From the NCBI GenBank assembly GCA_037446635.1, contig JBBIIG010000037.1:1-40634 (forward strand): 40,634 bases of DNA, read 5' to 3'. Made by a program: the position numbers and the translations under genes. The notes below the pieces were generated by a model, which saw only the letters and a list, made by a program, of their open reading frames with translations, did not search any database and had not been told where the DNA came from. The first letter of the stretch is position 1. Every line of letters begins with the position of its first letter. Below are positions 10,789 through 19,989 of the stretch, piece after piece. The DNA is from a bacterium. GTDB taxonomy: Bacteria; Zhuqueibacterota; Zhuqueibacteria; Oceanimicrobiales; Oceanimicrobiaceae.

Positions 10789-11229
10789 TTAGATTAAGCC
10801 CCTACCCCTTTTATTCAACAAGTTGGCGTTTTTGATATCCTGCAGAACACCGTCTAAAATGCCATTGATGAACTGGCCGCTGTTTTCGGTACTGTATTTT
10901 TTGGCGATTTCAATGGCCTCGTCGATGGAAACTTTGGGAGGGATATCTTCAAAATGCAGGAACTCGCAAATGGCGAGCCGCATGATGAGCCGATCGATGA
11001 TCGCTATGCGTTCAAAATCCCAATTCTTCGTTCTCGCAATAACGTATTCATCCAAGCGTTTTTTGTCACGAGCCGTTCTTTCAAACAAGTTGCGAGCGAA
11101 CTCTCTGACTCTGTCGCCTTCCTGGCTCGAGTCAATCATGTCGGCGACAATGGCGTCAATGGGATTGCCCGACAATTCATGCGCATATAATGCTCGCAGG
11201 GCTAACTCCCGGGCAACTCTTCTGCTCAT
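10789..11229 (-). CDS. nusB: Transcription antitermination factor NusB
   Basis: MSRRVARELALRALY, IPPKVSIDEAIEIAKKY, FINGILD. Start set at ATG 11229. Confidence 0.95.
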   Translation of the reverse strand: MSRRVARELALRALYAHELSGNPIDAIVADMIDSSQEGDRVREFARNLFERTARDKKRLDEYVIARTKNWDFERIAIIDRLIMRLAICEFLHFEDIPPKVSIDEAIEIAKKYSTENSGQFINGILDGVLQDIKNANLLNKRGRGLI

Positions 11230-11338
11230 GTAATCTTGCGTCTCTTTCTTACGCTCACTCAATAAAAACTTGAAATCCTCTAAAGCGCTTCTCAGCTTTG
11301 TTAAAAATTCTCTCCATCGTGCAAGTAAGTTCCGATCT

Positions 11339-12262
11339 TCAAACAAATGTCAGCCAACCGTGTTTATCCTCGACCTCTCCGGCAAGTATTCCAAAAAATC
11401 TTTTCTGGAGTTTTTCGGTGATAGGCCCCCGCCGTCCCGTGCCGATGGGGATGCGATCGATGGATTTAATGGGGCTTACTTCCGCGGCGCTGCCGGTGAA
11501 GAACACTTCGTCGGCAATGTATAACAACTCGCGCGGAATAAATATCTCTTCAACCGCGTAACCCAAATCCTTGGCCAGGATCATGACGCTGTCGCGGGTG
11601 ATGCCGTGCAAAATGGAAGCGGAAATCGGCGGCGTGAAAATGCGGCCGTCGCGTATCACAAAAATATTCTCGCCGCTGCCCTCGCTGACAAAGCCGTTGG
11701 CGTCCAACGCAATGCCCTCGACATAGCCATCCGCTTTAGCTTCGAGTTTGATAAGCTGCGAATTCATGTAATTGGCGCCGCTTTTGGAAAGTGCCGGAAA
11801 GGTGTTGGGCCGCATACGCGTCCAAGATGAAACGCGCACATCCACGCCCACGTTGATGGCTTCGTCGCCCAAATACTTGCCCCAATTGACAGCAGCGACG
11901 GCCACTTCCACCGGGGTGTTTTTGGGATCGACCCCCAGGGTGCCATAGCCGCGAAATACCACCGGGCGCAAATACGCTTCTTCCATGTTATTTGCTTTGA
12001 TGACATTAATACAAGCCTGCTCGATGGCTTCTTTTGTAAAAGGAATCGTCATGCGATAAATTTTGGCCGAATCAAACAGACGACGGATATGATCTTTCAA
12101 ACGAAAAATTGCCGGACCTTTCTTGGTCTTGTAACAGCGGAAGCCCTCAAACACCGCCGAGCCATAGTGAATCACGTGGCTCATCACGTGAATCTTGGCA
12201 TCGTGCCAATTGACCAACTCGCCTTTGAACCAGATTTTACCTTTCTCTGGAAATTCAGACAT
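11339..12262 (-). CDS. ilvE: Branched-chain amino acid aminotransferase
   Basis: [19 protein letters not shown] (PLP Lys), [26 protein letters not shown]. Confidence 0.95.
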   Translation of the reverse strand: MSEFPEKGKIWFKGELVNWHDAKIHVMSHVIHYGSAVFEGFRCYKTKKGPAIFRLKDHIRRLFDSAKIYRMTIPFTKEAIEQACINVIKANNMEEAYLRPVVFRGYGTLGVDPKNTPVEVAVAAVNWGKYLGDEAINVGVDVRVSSWTRMRPNTFPALSKSGANYMNSQLIKLEAKADGYVEGIALDANGFVSEGSGENIFVIRDGRIFTPPISASILHGITRDSVMILAKDLGYAVEEIFIPRELLYIADEVFFTGSAAEVSPIKSIDRIPIGTGRRGPITEKLQKRFFGILAGEVEDKHGWLTFV

Positions 12263-12313
12263 GATGAAATCCTCCGGCTAATAGTGAATAAAAAACGTGT
12301 CTTAACTTAATCA

Positions 12314-13462
12314 TTAAAGCGTCCTTTCCAATAAGCCGCGCGCTATCACCAACCTCTGAATCTCTGATGTTCCTTCATAAATCTCAGTGATCTTGGAATC
12401 ACGCATAAAGCGCTCAACCGGATAGTCCTTTAAATAACCGTAGCCCCCATAAATTTGCACCGCGGTGCTGCTCGCGAAAACGGCCGTCTCGGAGGCGTAC
12501 AGCTTGGCCATGGCCGCTTCGCTGGAAAAATTCTGCTGTTGATCTTTCTTCCAGGCCGCCTGGTAGGTCAGCAGGCGAGCGGCGCTAATGCGCGTTTCCA
12601 TATCTGCCAACATAAATTGGATTGCCTGAAATTTGGCGATGGGTTGGCCAAACTGCACCCGCTCTTTCGAGTATTTAATCGCGGCTTCCAGCGATCCCTG
12701 GGCGATCCCCAAAGCTTGCGCGGCAATTCCAATGCGCCCGCCATCTAATGTTTTCATGGCGATTTTAAAGCCGTCGCCTTCTTTGCCCAACAAATTCTCT
12801 TTGGGTACCCGGCAATCTTCCATTATAATAGAAACCGTATCCGAGCTGCGGATGCCTAATTTTTTTTCTTTCTTGCCGACGGAAAATCCTGGAAATTTTT
12901 TGTCAACGATAAAGGCGCTGATGCCTTTGTGCCCCAGCGCCGGGTTGGTCATCGCCGTCATGATGTAATAATCGGCATACTTGCCGTTGGTGATCCAGTT
13001 TTTGGTGCCGTTCAAAATATAATGATCGTTTTTGAGAACCGCCGTGGTTTTCATCGCTGCGGCATCGGAGCCGGAACTCGGCTCCGATAAACAAAAAGCC
13101 CCCAACTTTTCGCCTTTGGCCAGGGGCGTGAGATATTTCTGTTTCTGAGCTTCCGTCCCATAAGTCTCGATGCCAAAACACACCAGCGAATTGTTGACCG
13201 AACATACGACACCCACCGATGCATCCACTTTGGAAAGCTCTTCGAGGACAATGACGTAGCTGATGGTGTCCATGCCGCCGCCGCCGTATTTGGGATCCAC
13301 CATCATGCCCATGAAACCTAATTCGGCCATTTTTTTAACATGCTGGTGTGGGAATTGTTCCAGACGGTCGCGTTCGGCGGCATCTTTGGCAACTTCGGTC
13401 TCGGCAAACTTACGAGCTGTTTCACGAATCAACTTGTGTTCTTCGCTAAATGTGAAATCCAT
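12314..13462 (-). CDS. Acyl-CoA dehydrogenase (short/branched-chain type)
   Basis: [40 protein letters not shown]. Confidence 0.95.
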   Translation of the reverse strand: MDFTFSEEHKLIRETARKFAETEVAKDAAERDRLEQFPHQHVKKMAELGFMGMMVDPKYGGGGMDTISYVIVLEELSKVDASVGVVCSVNNSLVCFGIETYGTEAQKQKYLTPLAKGEKLGAFCLSEPSSGSDAAAMKTTAVLKNDHYILNGTKNWITNGKYADYYIMTAMTNPALGHKGISAFIVDKKFPGFSVGKKEKKLGIRSSDTVSIIMEDCRVPKENLLGKEGDGFKIAMKTLDGGRIGIAAQALGIAQGSLEAAIKYSKERVQFGQPIAKFQAIQFMLADMETRISAARLLTYQAAWKKDQQQNFSSEAAMAKLYASETAVFASSTAVQIYGGYGYLKDYPVERFMRDSKITEIYEGTSEIQRLVIARGLLERTL

Positions 13463-13484
13463 GTGGTCGCCTCGTGTTGTTTCG

Positions 13485-13513
13485 ATCTTAAAGAAATAAC
13501 GTTACTTTTGCAA
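13485..13513 (-). promoter_or_regulatory. Candidate sigma70 promoter upstream of the acyl-CoA dehydrogenase-ilvE block
   Basis: Minus strand TTGCAA-17 nt-TAAGAT. Confidence 0.5.
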
Positions 13514-13526
13514 GCAAAAAATCCGA

Positions 13527-13592
13527 TGGTCAGTTGTCAGTGGTCACTTGTTCGAAGACTAATTGCATACTGCCAACCGCAAACTGCCACTG
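13527..13592. repeat. Heptamer tandem repeats
   Basis: tggtcag ttgtcag tggtcac ttgttcg, then catactg ccaaccg caaactg ccactg. Confidence 0.6.
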
Positions 13593-14443
13593 TTAAGAAT
13601 AATCATAAAAACCGTGCCCACTCTTCCTGCCCAGCCGGCCGGCCGCCACCATCTTGCGCAGCAGTGGACAGGGACGATATTTGTCATCGCCCAAATTTTG
13701 GTGCAACACTTCCATGATGTGCAGGCACACATCCAGCCCGATGAAATCCGCCAGCGTCAACGGCCCCATCGGATGCGCCATGCCCAATTTCATCACCGTG
13801 TCGATGGCCTCTTTGTCGGCTACGCCTTCCATCAAGCAATAGATTGCTTCGTTGATCATCGGCATGAGCACACGATTGGAAACGAAGCCGGGGTAGTCGT
13901 TCACCGCCACCGGCGTCTTTCCCAATTTTTTGCTCAATGCCATGATTGTATCAAACGTTTCGTCGGAAGTTCCAGTCCACGAATTACTTCGACCAAAGTC
14001 ATCACCGGCACGGGATTGAAAAAGTGCATGCCCACGACTTTATCTGCGCGTTTGGTGGCCGCCGCAATTTCGGTGATGGAGATCGAAGAAGTGTTGGAAG
14101 CGAGAATGGTTTCCGCCGGACAAATCTGATCTAACTTTGCGAAAAGCTCCCTTTTGAGCGCGGCGTCTTCGCTGGCGGCTTCGACTACTAACTGGGAATC
14201 CTGCGCAGTTTCCAGATTTAAACTCGGACTAATTTTTTTCAGGGCGGAATCGGCGTCTTTTTGAGCAATGGTTTGCTTGGCGACTTGACGATCCAGATTT
14301 TTTTTGATGGTCGCCAGCCCGCGATCCAGAAATTCTTGCTTGATATCGATCAAGTTGACATCAAATCCGGCCAGCGCAAACACATGAGCGATGCCGTTGC
14401 CCATCGTGCCCGCGCCAATGACGGTGACAGTTTGAAGGTTCAT
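13593..14443 (-). pseudogene. hbd: 3-hydroxybutyryl-CoA dehydrogenase split by a 1-nt frameshift (pseudogene or sequencing error)
   Basis: N-part: VIGAGTMGNG, ASNTSSI, GMHFFNP. C-part: PGFVSNR, HPMGPL..AD.IGLD. Adding one A at 13970-13971 (GAACT to GAAACT) restores [21 protein letters not shown]. Confidence 0.9.
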
Positions 14444-14538
14444 TTTTTCCATCGTGTCCCTTTGTCTAAGAAAACTATTATGTATCCAATCAACGCGATT
14501 ATACCGACAATTAAGGATACAATTGTTAGTTCGCTCAT
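14440..14538 (-). CDS. 32-aa single-TM hydrophobic peptide (not in the ORF track)
   Basis: MSELTIVSLIVGIIALIGYIIVFLDKGTRWKK. GAGGTG Shine-Dalgarno; ATGA overlaps with both the upstream ORF stop and the hbd start. Confidence 0.7.
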   Translation of the reverse strand: MSELTIVSLIVGIIALIGYIIVFLDKGTRWKK

Positions 14539-14741
14539 TTTTGCACCTCTCTTCCATCAATAATAAAGCCCAGAATCCAAATCAAGATTGCAGCTAAGGT
14601 CCCCATAATGATGCCGATCCAATCCACGAATTCCGGCTTAGCAAAAGGCGTGATCACCAAAATCGTAAACATCACTTTACCGATATCCCAAAACAGCTTT
14701 GCCAGATTTTCTTTCTGCTTATCGTTCCGAATGATTCTCAC
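14535..14741 (-). CDS. Small two-TM membrane protein (DUF6722-like from memory)
   Basis: KQKENLAKLFWDIGK followed by two hydrophobic segments; coupled to both neighbours. Confidence 0.65.
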   Translation of the reverse strand: MRIIRNDKQKENLAKLFWDIGKVMFTILVITPFAKPEFVDWIGIIMGTLAAILIWILGFIIDGREVQK

Positions 14742-15435
14742 TTTTTGCCCGACCTTTCAATTCTGCAAACATCTCTTCCATTGGAATTAACTTTGCTTCT
14801 CCCCTTTCAACCTCATCCACCCTTCGCTTCAATTCTTCAAGCTGTTCATTGCGCTGCTGCGGGCCGCCATAAAAAGTTATCTCATACAGCACGGCATCAA
14901 TCACGTCATACACGGTGAAGGATTTCTTGCCCGCAAAAATTTTCCGGGACCGCGGTTTTCGCCGCATGTATTCTTCGATTATGTATTCGGTGTTCAGCTT
15001 AAGGGGATATTTCTTCAGTTTGTTCAACGGGGTGAAATCGATGGCATAAGCTGTTACCCCATCCTTCGCAGCGTAGCCCCTACCGTGAAGGGCCGGCTGC
15101 TCATTGATTATGTTATCTTCACGATCATAATCAACGTGCCAATAAATTTCGAGGAACTCCATGCCATCGTCTTTTTCTTTCACATAAGGTTTCTGCCACT
15201 CTTCATCGAAAACTTTTAAATCATAATGGCCGAGATGCGACGCGAAAAATTCAGAATACTTTTCTTTCTCCCTCATGATATGATTGAAAAAGGTTTTGAA
15301 GGTAGCGCCTTCTTCAATCTCGAGCGGCTCATTCATAAACGGCAGAAAACTCGGCACCGAGATCTTTTTGCGCTCGTACTCTCTCGAATAGAAAATCTTG
15401 CCGTTCTTTTTTAGGAGAATCATTCGGGCGCTCAC
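14719..15435 (-). CDS. Conserved hypothetical protein (possibly DUF6557-like)
   Basis: 238-aa ORF in operon frame, with YAIDFTPLN and LYEITFYG motifs and a helical charged tail. The start may be the ATG at 15423. Confidence 0.65.
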   Translation of the reverse strand: MSARMILLKKNGKIFYSREYERKKISVPSFLPFMNEPLEIEEGATFKTFFNHIMREKEKYSEFFASHLGHYDLKVFDEEWQKPYVKEKDDGMEFLEIYWHVDYDREDNIINEQPALHGRGYAAKDGVTAYAIDFTPLNKLKKYPLKLNTEYIIEEYMRRKPRSRKIFAGKKSFTVYDVIDAVLYEITFYGGPQQRNEQLEELKRRVDEVERGEAKLIPMEEMFAELKGRAKSENHSER

Positions 15436-15438
15436 CTA

Positions 15439-15720
15439 CTAATATACTTCTTCATGAGTGCCAACAGTCTCCAATAAGATTGCGTCCGTCTTTTGATGCT
15501 TCACAAATTTGAAGATGATTCTCAAGTCATAACCAGCACTACACGCCCATGAGCCTTTGTATTTTCCTTTTAGTTTGTGAGTTTTCAATTGTGGATTAAA
15601 TGCATCTTCCTCAAGCATTTCCAAAGTAGCTCGAATATCTTCAGCAACGCGCGACTCTCGTCGGACTGATTTTTTAGCTGCTCGAACAAAAGCGTGGGAT
15701 CGAATTAGTTGTCTTTTCAA
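15439..15720 (-). CDS. Type II TA toxin, RelE/YafQ family mRNA interferase
   Basis: LKTHKLKG, YDLRIIF and C-terminal VGTHEEVY. Confidence 0.88.
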   Translation of the reverse strand: MKRQLIRSHAFVRAAKKSVRRESRVAEDIRATLEMLEEDAFNPQLKTHKLKGKYKGSWACSAGYDLRIIFKFVKHQKTDAILLETVGTHEEVY

Positions 15721-15932
15721 GAGAGGATTTCTTTCATTATTTCGTCCACGCTTGCCGGCTTACATTTGCCCTCGCGATATTCCTTCTCAGCTTCTTTAAT
15801 GTCTTTTGCGAGTCGGTCTCGTCGGCGTTCAATAGCGCGACGTCGCAGAATTTCAATCAATGTTTCTTGCTCATCAAGTGAGAGTTTTTCAGCAGCTTCC
15901 AAAACATCTCCAAAGGTTGTTGTATTTCCCAT
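15717..15932 (-). CDS. Cognate antitoxin of the YafQ-like toxin
   Basis: Small charged protein overlapping the toxin start, with an EYREGKCKPASVDEIMKEI tail. Confidence 0.78.
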   Translation of the reverse strand: MGNTTTFGDVLEAAEKLSLDEQETLIEILRRRAIERRRDRLAKDIKEAEKEYREGKCKPASVDEIMKEILS

Positions 15933-16043
15933 AAATCACTCCTTCATTTAACGGCTCAAAAAAGGCTAAGCCGATATTCTGCGTGTGGTTTTTCCGCTGA
16001 GCGGATCAGCTTTGCGGATAATCCGTGTGCAGCTTCCTAAGAC

Positions 16044-16072
16044 CTTTACTAAACCATGAAGGTTTAGTAAAG
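16044..16072. repeat. REP-like perfect palindrome (12-bp stem)
   Basis: ctttactaaacc-atgaa-ggtttagtaaag, just downstream of the thiolase stop. Confidence 0.75.
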
Positions 16073-16094
16073 CTGAGTAGGGCATCTGCGTTTG

Positions 16095-17279
16095 CTATCT
16101 CTCCACAATCACCGCGGACGCTTCGCCGCCGCCGATGCACAGCGTCGCCAGTCCCCGTTTTTTGTTGTAGCGCTTCATCGCATACAGCAGCGTCGTCAGC
16201 ACGCGTGCGCCGCTGGCGCCAATGGGATGTCCCAGCGCTACCGCGCCGCCGTGCACATTCATTTTGTTGACATCGATTCCCAATTCTTTTCCCACCGCTA
16301 AATTCACCACTGCAAAAGCCTCGTTGATTTCAAACAGATCGATGTCCTCCAATTTGAGATGTGCTTTGTTGAGAATGCGGCGGATGGCATCGGCCGGCGC
16401 CAGCGTGAACCACTCCGGCGCGCGCGCCGCCGAGGCCTGCGCGACGATCGTGCCCAGCGGCTCGATGCCCAACTTCTGCGCCCGCTCTTTCGACATCACC
16501 ACACATGCCGCGGCGCCGTCATTGATCTTCGAGGCGTTGGCCGCAGTAACCGTGCCGTCTTTCTGGAACGCCGGTTTCAGCGTCGCCATTTTTTCGAAGT
16601 TGGCTTTCTTCGGCTCTTCATCTTCGGAGACGATCAGCGACTCGCCTTTCCTTTGCGGAATCTCGACCGCCACAATCTCATCTTTGAAGTAGCCGTTCTT
16701 TTGCGCCTCCAGCGCGCGCTTGTAGGAAAGCATCGCGAACTCATCCTGCGCCTCGCGGGGGACGTTGCATTCTTTGGCGCACAGCTCCGCGGCGTTGCCC
16801 ATGTGAAAATTGTTGTACACATCCCACAGGCCATCTTTGATCATGCTGTCGATGAGCTCGCCGTGTCCGAGGCGATAGCCGTTGCGGGCTTTGTCCAACA
16901 AATAGGGCGCGTTGGACATGCTCTCCATTCCGCCCGCGACCACAATTTCCGCGTCGCCGACCATGATGGCCTGCGCCGCTAACATCACCGCTTTGAGTCC
17001 GGAGCCGCACACTTTGTTGATGGTCATGCACGGCACGGAGTTGGGGATGCCGGCGCCGAGGGCCGCTTGCCGCGCCGGCGCCTGTCCCACGCCGGCCGCG
17101 AGCACTTCGCCCATAATCACTTCGCTGACGTCTTTTCCAGTTAAGCCCGCGCGCCGCAGCGCCTCTTTGATGGCGATGCTGCCGAGCTGCGGCGCCGTGA
17201 ATGAGCTCAACGCGCCATTGAACGCGCCAATCGGCGTGCGGCAGGCGCTGGCGATGACGACTTCGTTAAATTTTGACAT
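16095..17279 (-). CDS. Acetyl-CoA C-acetyltransferase (thiolase)
   Basis: NKVCGSG, EINEAF, GHPIGASG, LCIGGG. Confidence 0.97.
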   Translation of the reverse strand: MSKFNEVVIASACRTPIGAFNGALSSFTAPQLGSIAIKEALRRAGLTGKDVSEVIMGEVLAAGVGQAPARQAALGAGIPNSVPCMTINKVCGSGLKAVMLAAQAIMVGDAEIVVAGGMESMSNAPYLLDKARNGYRLGHGELIDSMIKDGLWDVYNNFHMGNAAELCAKECNVPREAQDEFAMLSYKRALEAQKNGYFKDEIVAVEIPQRKGESLIVSEDEEPKKANFEKMATLKPAFQKDGTVTAANASKINDGAAACVVMSKERAQKLGIEPLGTIVAQASAARAPEWFTLAPADAIRRILNKAHLKLEDIDLFEINEAFAVVNLAVGKELGIDVNKMNVHGGAVALGHPIGASGARVLTTLLYAMKRYNKKRGLATLCIGGGEASAVIVER

Positions 17280-17312
17280 GGGAAATTCTCCATAAAATTT
17301 TAGGATTATCTG

Positions 17313-17637
17313 CTAATCTGCCGATTTGAGAAGGGCATCGGCTACCCATGAGTCAACCTGCTTACCAGCTTTTTCAGCGGCAAGAATTACCTTGCGATGG
17401 CTGTTCCGGAGATAGTCGGATTGTAAGACGGCCTGAAAATGGTTTTTCCGGCTGCTCGTTTCGTTGAGCACAAAATTCCAAATAATCGTCAATAGAATCA
17501 TGAAATGCGTTTCTTATTTCTTCAACCGACTTCCCCTGAAACGTAATTACATCACGGATGTTGACGACTTCGCCGTGGAAGACGTTGGCTTCCTCATCAA
17601 AATCAATCCGAGCTACATAACCTTTATATTGCATCAT
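17313..17637 (-). pseudogene. hicB: HicB antitoxin, frameshifted in the C-terminal RHH region
   Basis: MQYKGY...DVITFQG...DDYL...PEKPFSG. One extra base at about 17399-17400; removing it gives ...SPEQHRKVILAAEKAGKQVDSWV. Confidence 0.85.
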
Positions 17638-17888
17638 GGTTCTACTCCTGCTTCAATCAAAAAACGGCGCATTGAGATGACTGCGCCTTTGTCAGTTTCT
17701 TTTCTGGGATGCGGGCGATGAAATACTGCACGCACATCGTTAAGAACAATTCGTACTCTCGAACCTCGTCCTTCGCTGATCTCAGCACCGCAAGCGATCA
17801 GCAAACTTTCAATATCGTTCCATAAAATATTGGATCAAACTGGAGTCTCGAAAATTGCTTGTAACGTTTTGCGATGCTTTGATTTCAT
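17634..17888 (-). pseudogene. hicA: HicA toxin with in-frame TGA at codon 18 (not in the ORF track)
   Basis: MKSKHRKTLQAIFETPV*SNILWNDIESLL...EGRGSRVR...FHRPHP. TGA at 17835-17837; ATGA overlap with hicB. Confidence 0.88.
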
Positions 17889-17906
17889 CTAATTGTGCGT
17901 ATTCCC

Positions 17907-17931
17907 GTTTCGACTAGTGCACTCAACCTAC
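17907..17931 (-). repeat. REP-like bulged palindrome beginning GTAG at the HAD stop codon
   Basis: Minus strand GTAG-GTTGAGTGCACTAGTCGAAAC. Confidence 0.45.
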
Positions 17932-18530
17932 TCCATTGAAAACTCAACCAGTCCTTTTTTTACATCGTCCGGGGTGCGAAACAAAATTGCATTCAAACCA
18001 ACTCGCTGCGCTCCGCGAATGTAGTCTTCCCGGTCATCAATAAAAATCGCTTCACTGGGTTTCACGTTGAGCCGCTGCAAAGTTAATTCATAAATTTTTG
18101 CTTCCGGCTTTCTGGTTTTCTCAATGCAAGAGAACGTTGCAACATCGAAAACATCATAATTTTGTGAATTGAAAATTTCCACCGCGGGCAACTCGGTGTT
18201 CGACAGCAAGGCTATCTTATATCCGCGGCTTTTCAAGGTTGTGGCTAATTCAAGCATCTCTGCTTTCGGTGAATAGGCGTGACGAAAGGCCTCTCCCCAA
18301 AGTGAATTTGATTTGGGGATCGCTTTCTTCAAATCAGCGGCCATTGCATTCCACAGCTCGTTTTCTGAAATGTTTCCTTTTTGGAAATCTGCTTCATATT
18401 TTTTGTAAGCGCTGGCAAACTCCGGCTCTTTTACCTGCCAGGCCCGGCTGAGATACGAAAGCATGGGCGGCGCCGGGTCATCAATCAACACGCCGCCCCA
18501 ATCAAAAATGATGGCGCTAATGGTTGGCAT
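17928..18530 (-). CDS. HAD-family phosphatase
   Basis: IIFDWGGVL, LLSNT, RKPEAKIY, FIDD. Confidence 0.92.
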   Translation of the reverse strand: MPTISAIIFDWGGVLIDDPAPPMLSYLSRAWQVKEPEFASAYKKYEADFQKGNISENELWNAMAADLKKAIPKSNSLWGEAFRHAYSPKAEMLELATTLKSRGYKIALLSNTELPAVEIFNSQNYDVFDVATFSCIEKTRKPEAKIYELTLQRLNVKPSEAIFIDDREDYIRGAQRVGLNAILFRTPDDVKKGLVEFSME

Positions 18531-19362
18531 CGACTTTCTCAACGACTAACTTCCCATCCGCCTCCTTCAAATATCCCGCCCGCACCTTCGGCGCGTGTTC
18601 AAAAATCAACAGCCAGTTTTCGTGAAGCGCTTGCTGCAAAACTTTCTCTTTCACTTCCATCGTGGTCTTGGGATAGAGGTCGTACCCCATCACATACGCC
18701 GTTTTCAAATGCGAATCCGTCGGAACGAGATCCGCCAAAAAACACGCGGTACGGCCCTCGGACTGAACTTTTATAATCTGATGATCGCGCGTGTGACCGC
18801 CGGTCACTTGCACCGAAACTCCGGGCACGATTTCACAATCGCCGGCAATGATTTCGAGTTGTCCGCTTGCCTCCAGCGGCTGCCAATTGTGTGGAAAATA
18901 ACTGCCCTTGCTGCGGGGATCGGGATTTTTCGCATATTCCAATTCGCCGCGCTGCACAAAGTAGGTGGCGTTGGAGAAAGTCGGGTGAATTTGTCCGCTT
19001 TCATCTTTCCAGCAATTGCCGCCGGCGTGATCGAAATGCAGATGGGTCAAAATAACTTTGGTGATGTCTTCGGGTTTGAGATCAAAAGCCGCGAGCCCCT
19101 GCAACAGATTGGTTGGTTTTTCGATGCCAAACATGCTGGCAAATTTCTCGTTGTAAATCGTGCCGATGCCGGTATCGACGAGAATGTTCTCCGCCGCAGT
19201 TTTGATCAACAGACAATTTAATCCCAAACGGATGCGATTGAATTCGTCCGGCGGATTGAGTTTCTCCCACAGCACTTTCGGCACCACGCCGAACATGGCG
19301 CCGCCATCAAGGTGGAAAAAGCCGTCGCTGAGGACGAAGAGTTTGAAATCTTCGAAATCCAT
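18517..19362 (-). CDS. MBL-fold metallo-hydrolase (YtnP-like)
   Basis: LDGGAMFGVVPK, THLHFDHAGG, GHT, FEH. Confidence 0.92.
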   Translation of the reverse strand: MDFEDFKLFVLSDGFFHLDGGAMFGVVPKVLWEKLNPPDEFNRIRLGLNCLLIKTAAENILVDTGIGTIYNEKFASMFGIEKPTNLLQGLAAFDLKPEDITKVILTHLHFDHAGGNCWKDESGQIHPTFSNATYFVQRGELEYAKNPDPRSKGSYFPHNWQPLEASGQLEIIAGDCEIVPGVSVQVTGGHTRDHQIIKVQSEGRTACFLADLVPTDSHLKTAYVMGYDLYPKTTMEVKEKVLQQALHENWLLIFEHAPKVRAGYLKEADGKLVVEKVDANH

Positions 19363-19380
19363 GACACCTTTCGGTCAAAA

Positions 19381-19989
19381 CTATTGTTTACGACTAAACC
19401 AGGCTAAGAGGGTCGATTTCAATTCACCAAAGCTCTTATCGCGGCAATTCTTCACGCTGACCGTGGCCGCTAGTTTTGAGTAGATTGCAGAAGATCGTGG
19501 CAGACGAGATTTTTTAAGCACCGCTTCCATAGCTTCCTTAGGATTTATTGGTTTGAAATTAGCATCGCGGTTATACGTTGCGAGTATTGTTTCAAGTTCA
19601 CCCCTGGATACTCCTAAAACTTTGGCCACATTAGTAGAATCCGCCCAAACCCAAACTTCTAGTTCGGGATCCAATACCACAACCTGATTACGCCCGTGCC
19701 AGCCTGATTCATTCAGACGATTCTTTACTTCCTGTCGAAGAATTTGTACAACATCTTGTGAGCCACAACCATCGCGGTCAAACAAGACCAGAGCAAAACG
19801 GTAAAGATGTTGAAATGGTCTCAAAAAATCGTGGCACTTTCTAAAGACTCCGGGATCTCTTTCCGGATGCACAAAAACATCAAATGAAGGCTTAGTAATG
19901 CCAAGTGCGCGTTCTCGCATTAATAATTTCTCAATTGCAGCCTTCATCTGCGTATCTGCAACCAGCACGAGCAAATCTTTCATTTTCAT
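19381..19989 (-). CDS. MAD4-like protein (TOPRIM/DUF4276-like partner of an ATPase)
   Basis: DLLVLVAD, HPERDPG, LFDRDGCG, PELEVWVW, PKEAME resemble MADS Mad4 as recalled; ATGA-coupled to the ATPase. Confidence 0.65.
   Translation of the reverse strand: MKMKDLLVLVADTQMKAAIEKLLMRERALGITKPSFDVFVHPERDPGVFRKCHDFLRPFQHLYRFALVLFDRDGCGSQDVVQILRQEVKNRLNESGWHGRNQVVVLDPELEVWVWADSTNVAKVLGVSRGELETILATYNRDANFKPINPKEAMEAVLKKSRLPRSSAIYSKLAATVSVKNCRDKSFGELKSTLLAWFSRKQ

Noticed and set aside
11230..11346. 39-aa N-terminal extension of NusB
   Set aside because: Homology starts at MSRR (11229); the extension is open intergenic sequence from a TTG.
13970..13971. Programmed ribosomal frameshift in hbd
   Set aside because: No X XXY YYZ slippery site or obvious stimulator; a single-base indel explains it.
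17835..17837. TGA recoding (selenocysteine or alternative genetic code) in hicA and the TOPRIM-like gene
   Set aside because: TGA is the normal stop of many intact genes here (ilvE, recJ, atuA), and both cases sit in decaying cassettes.
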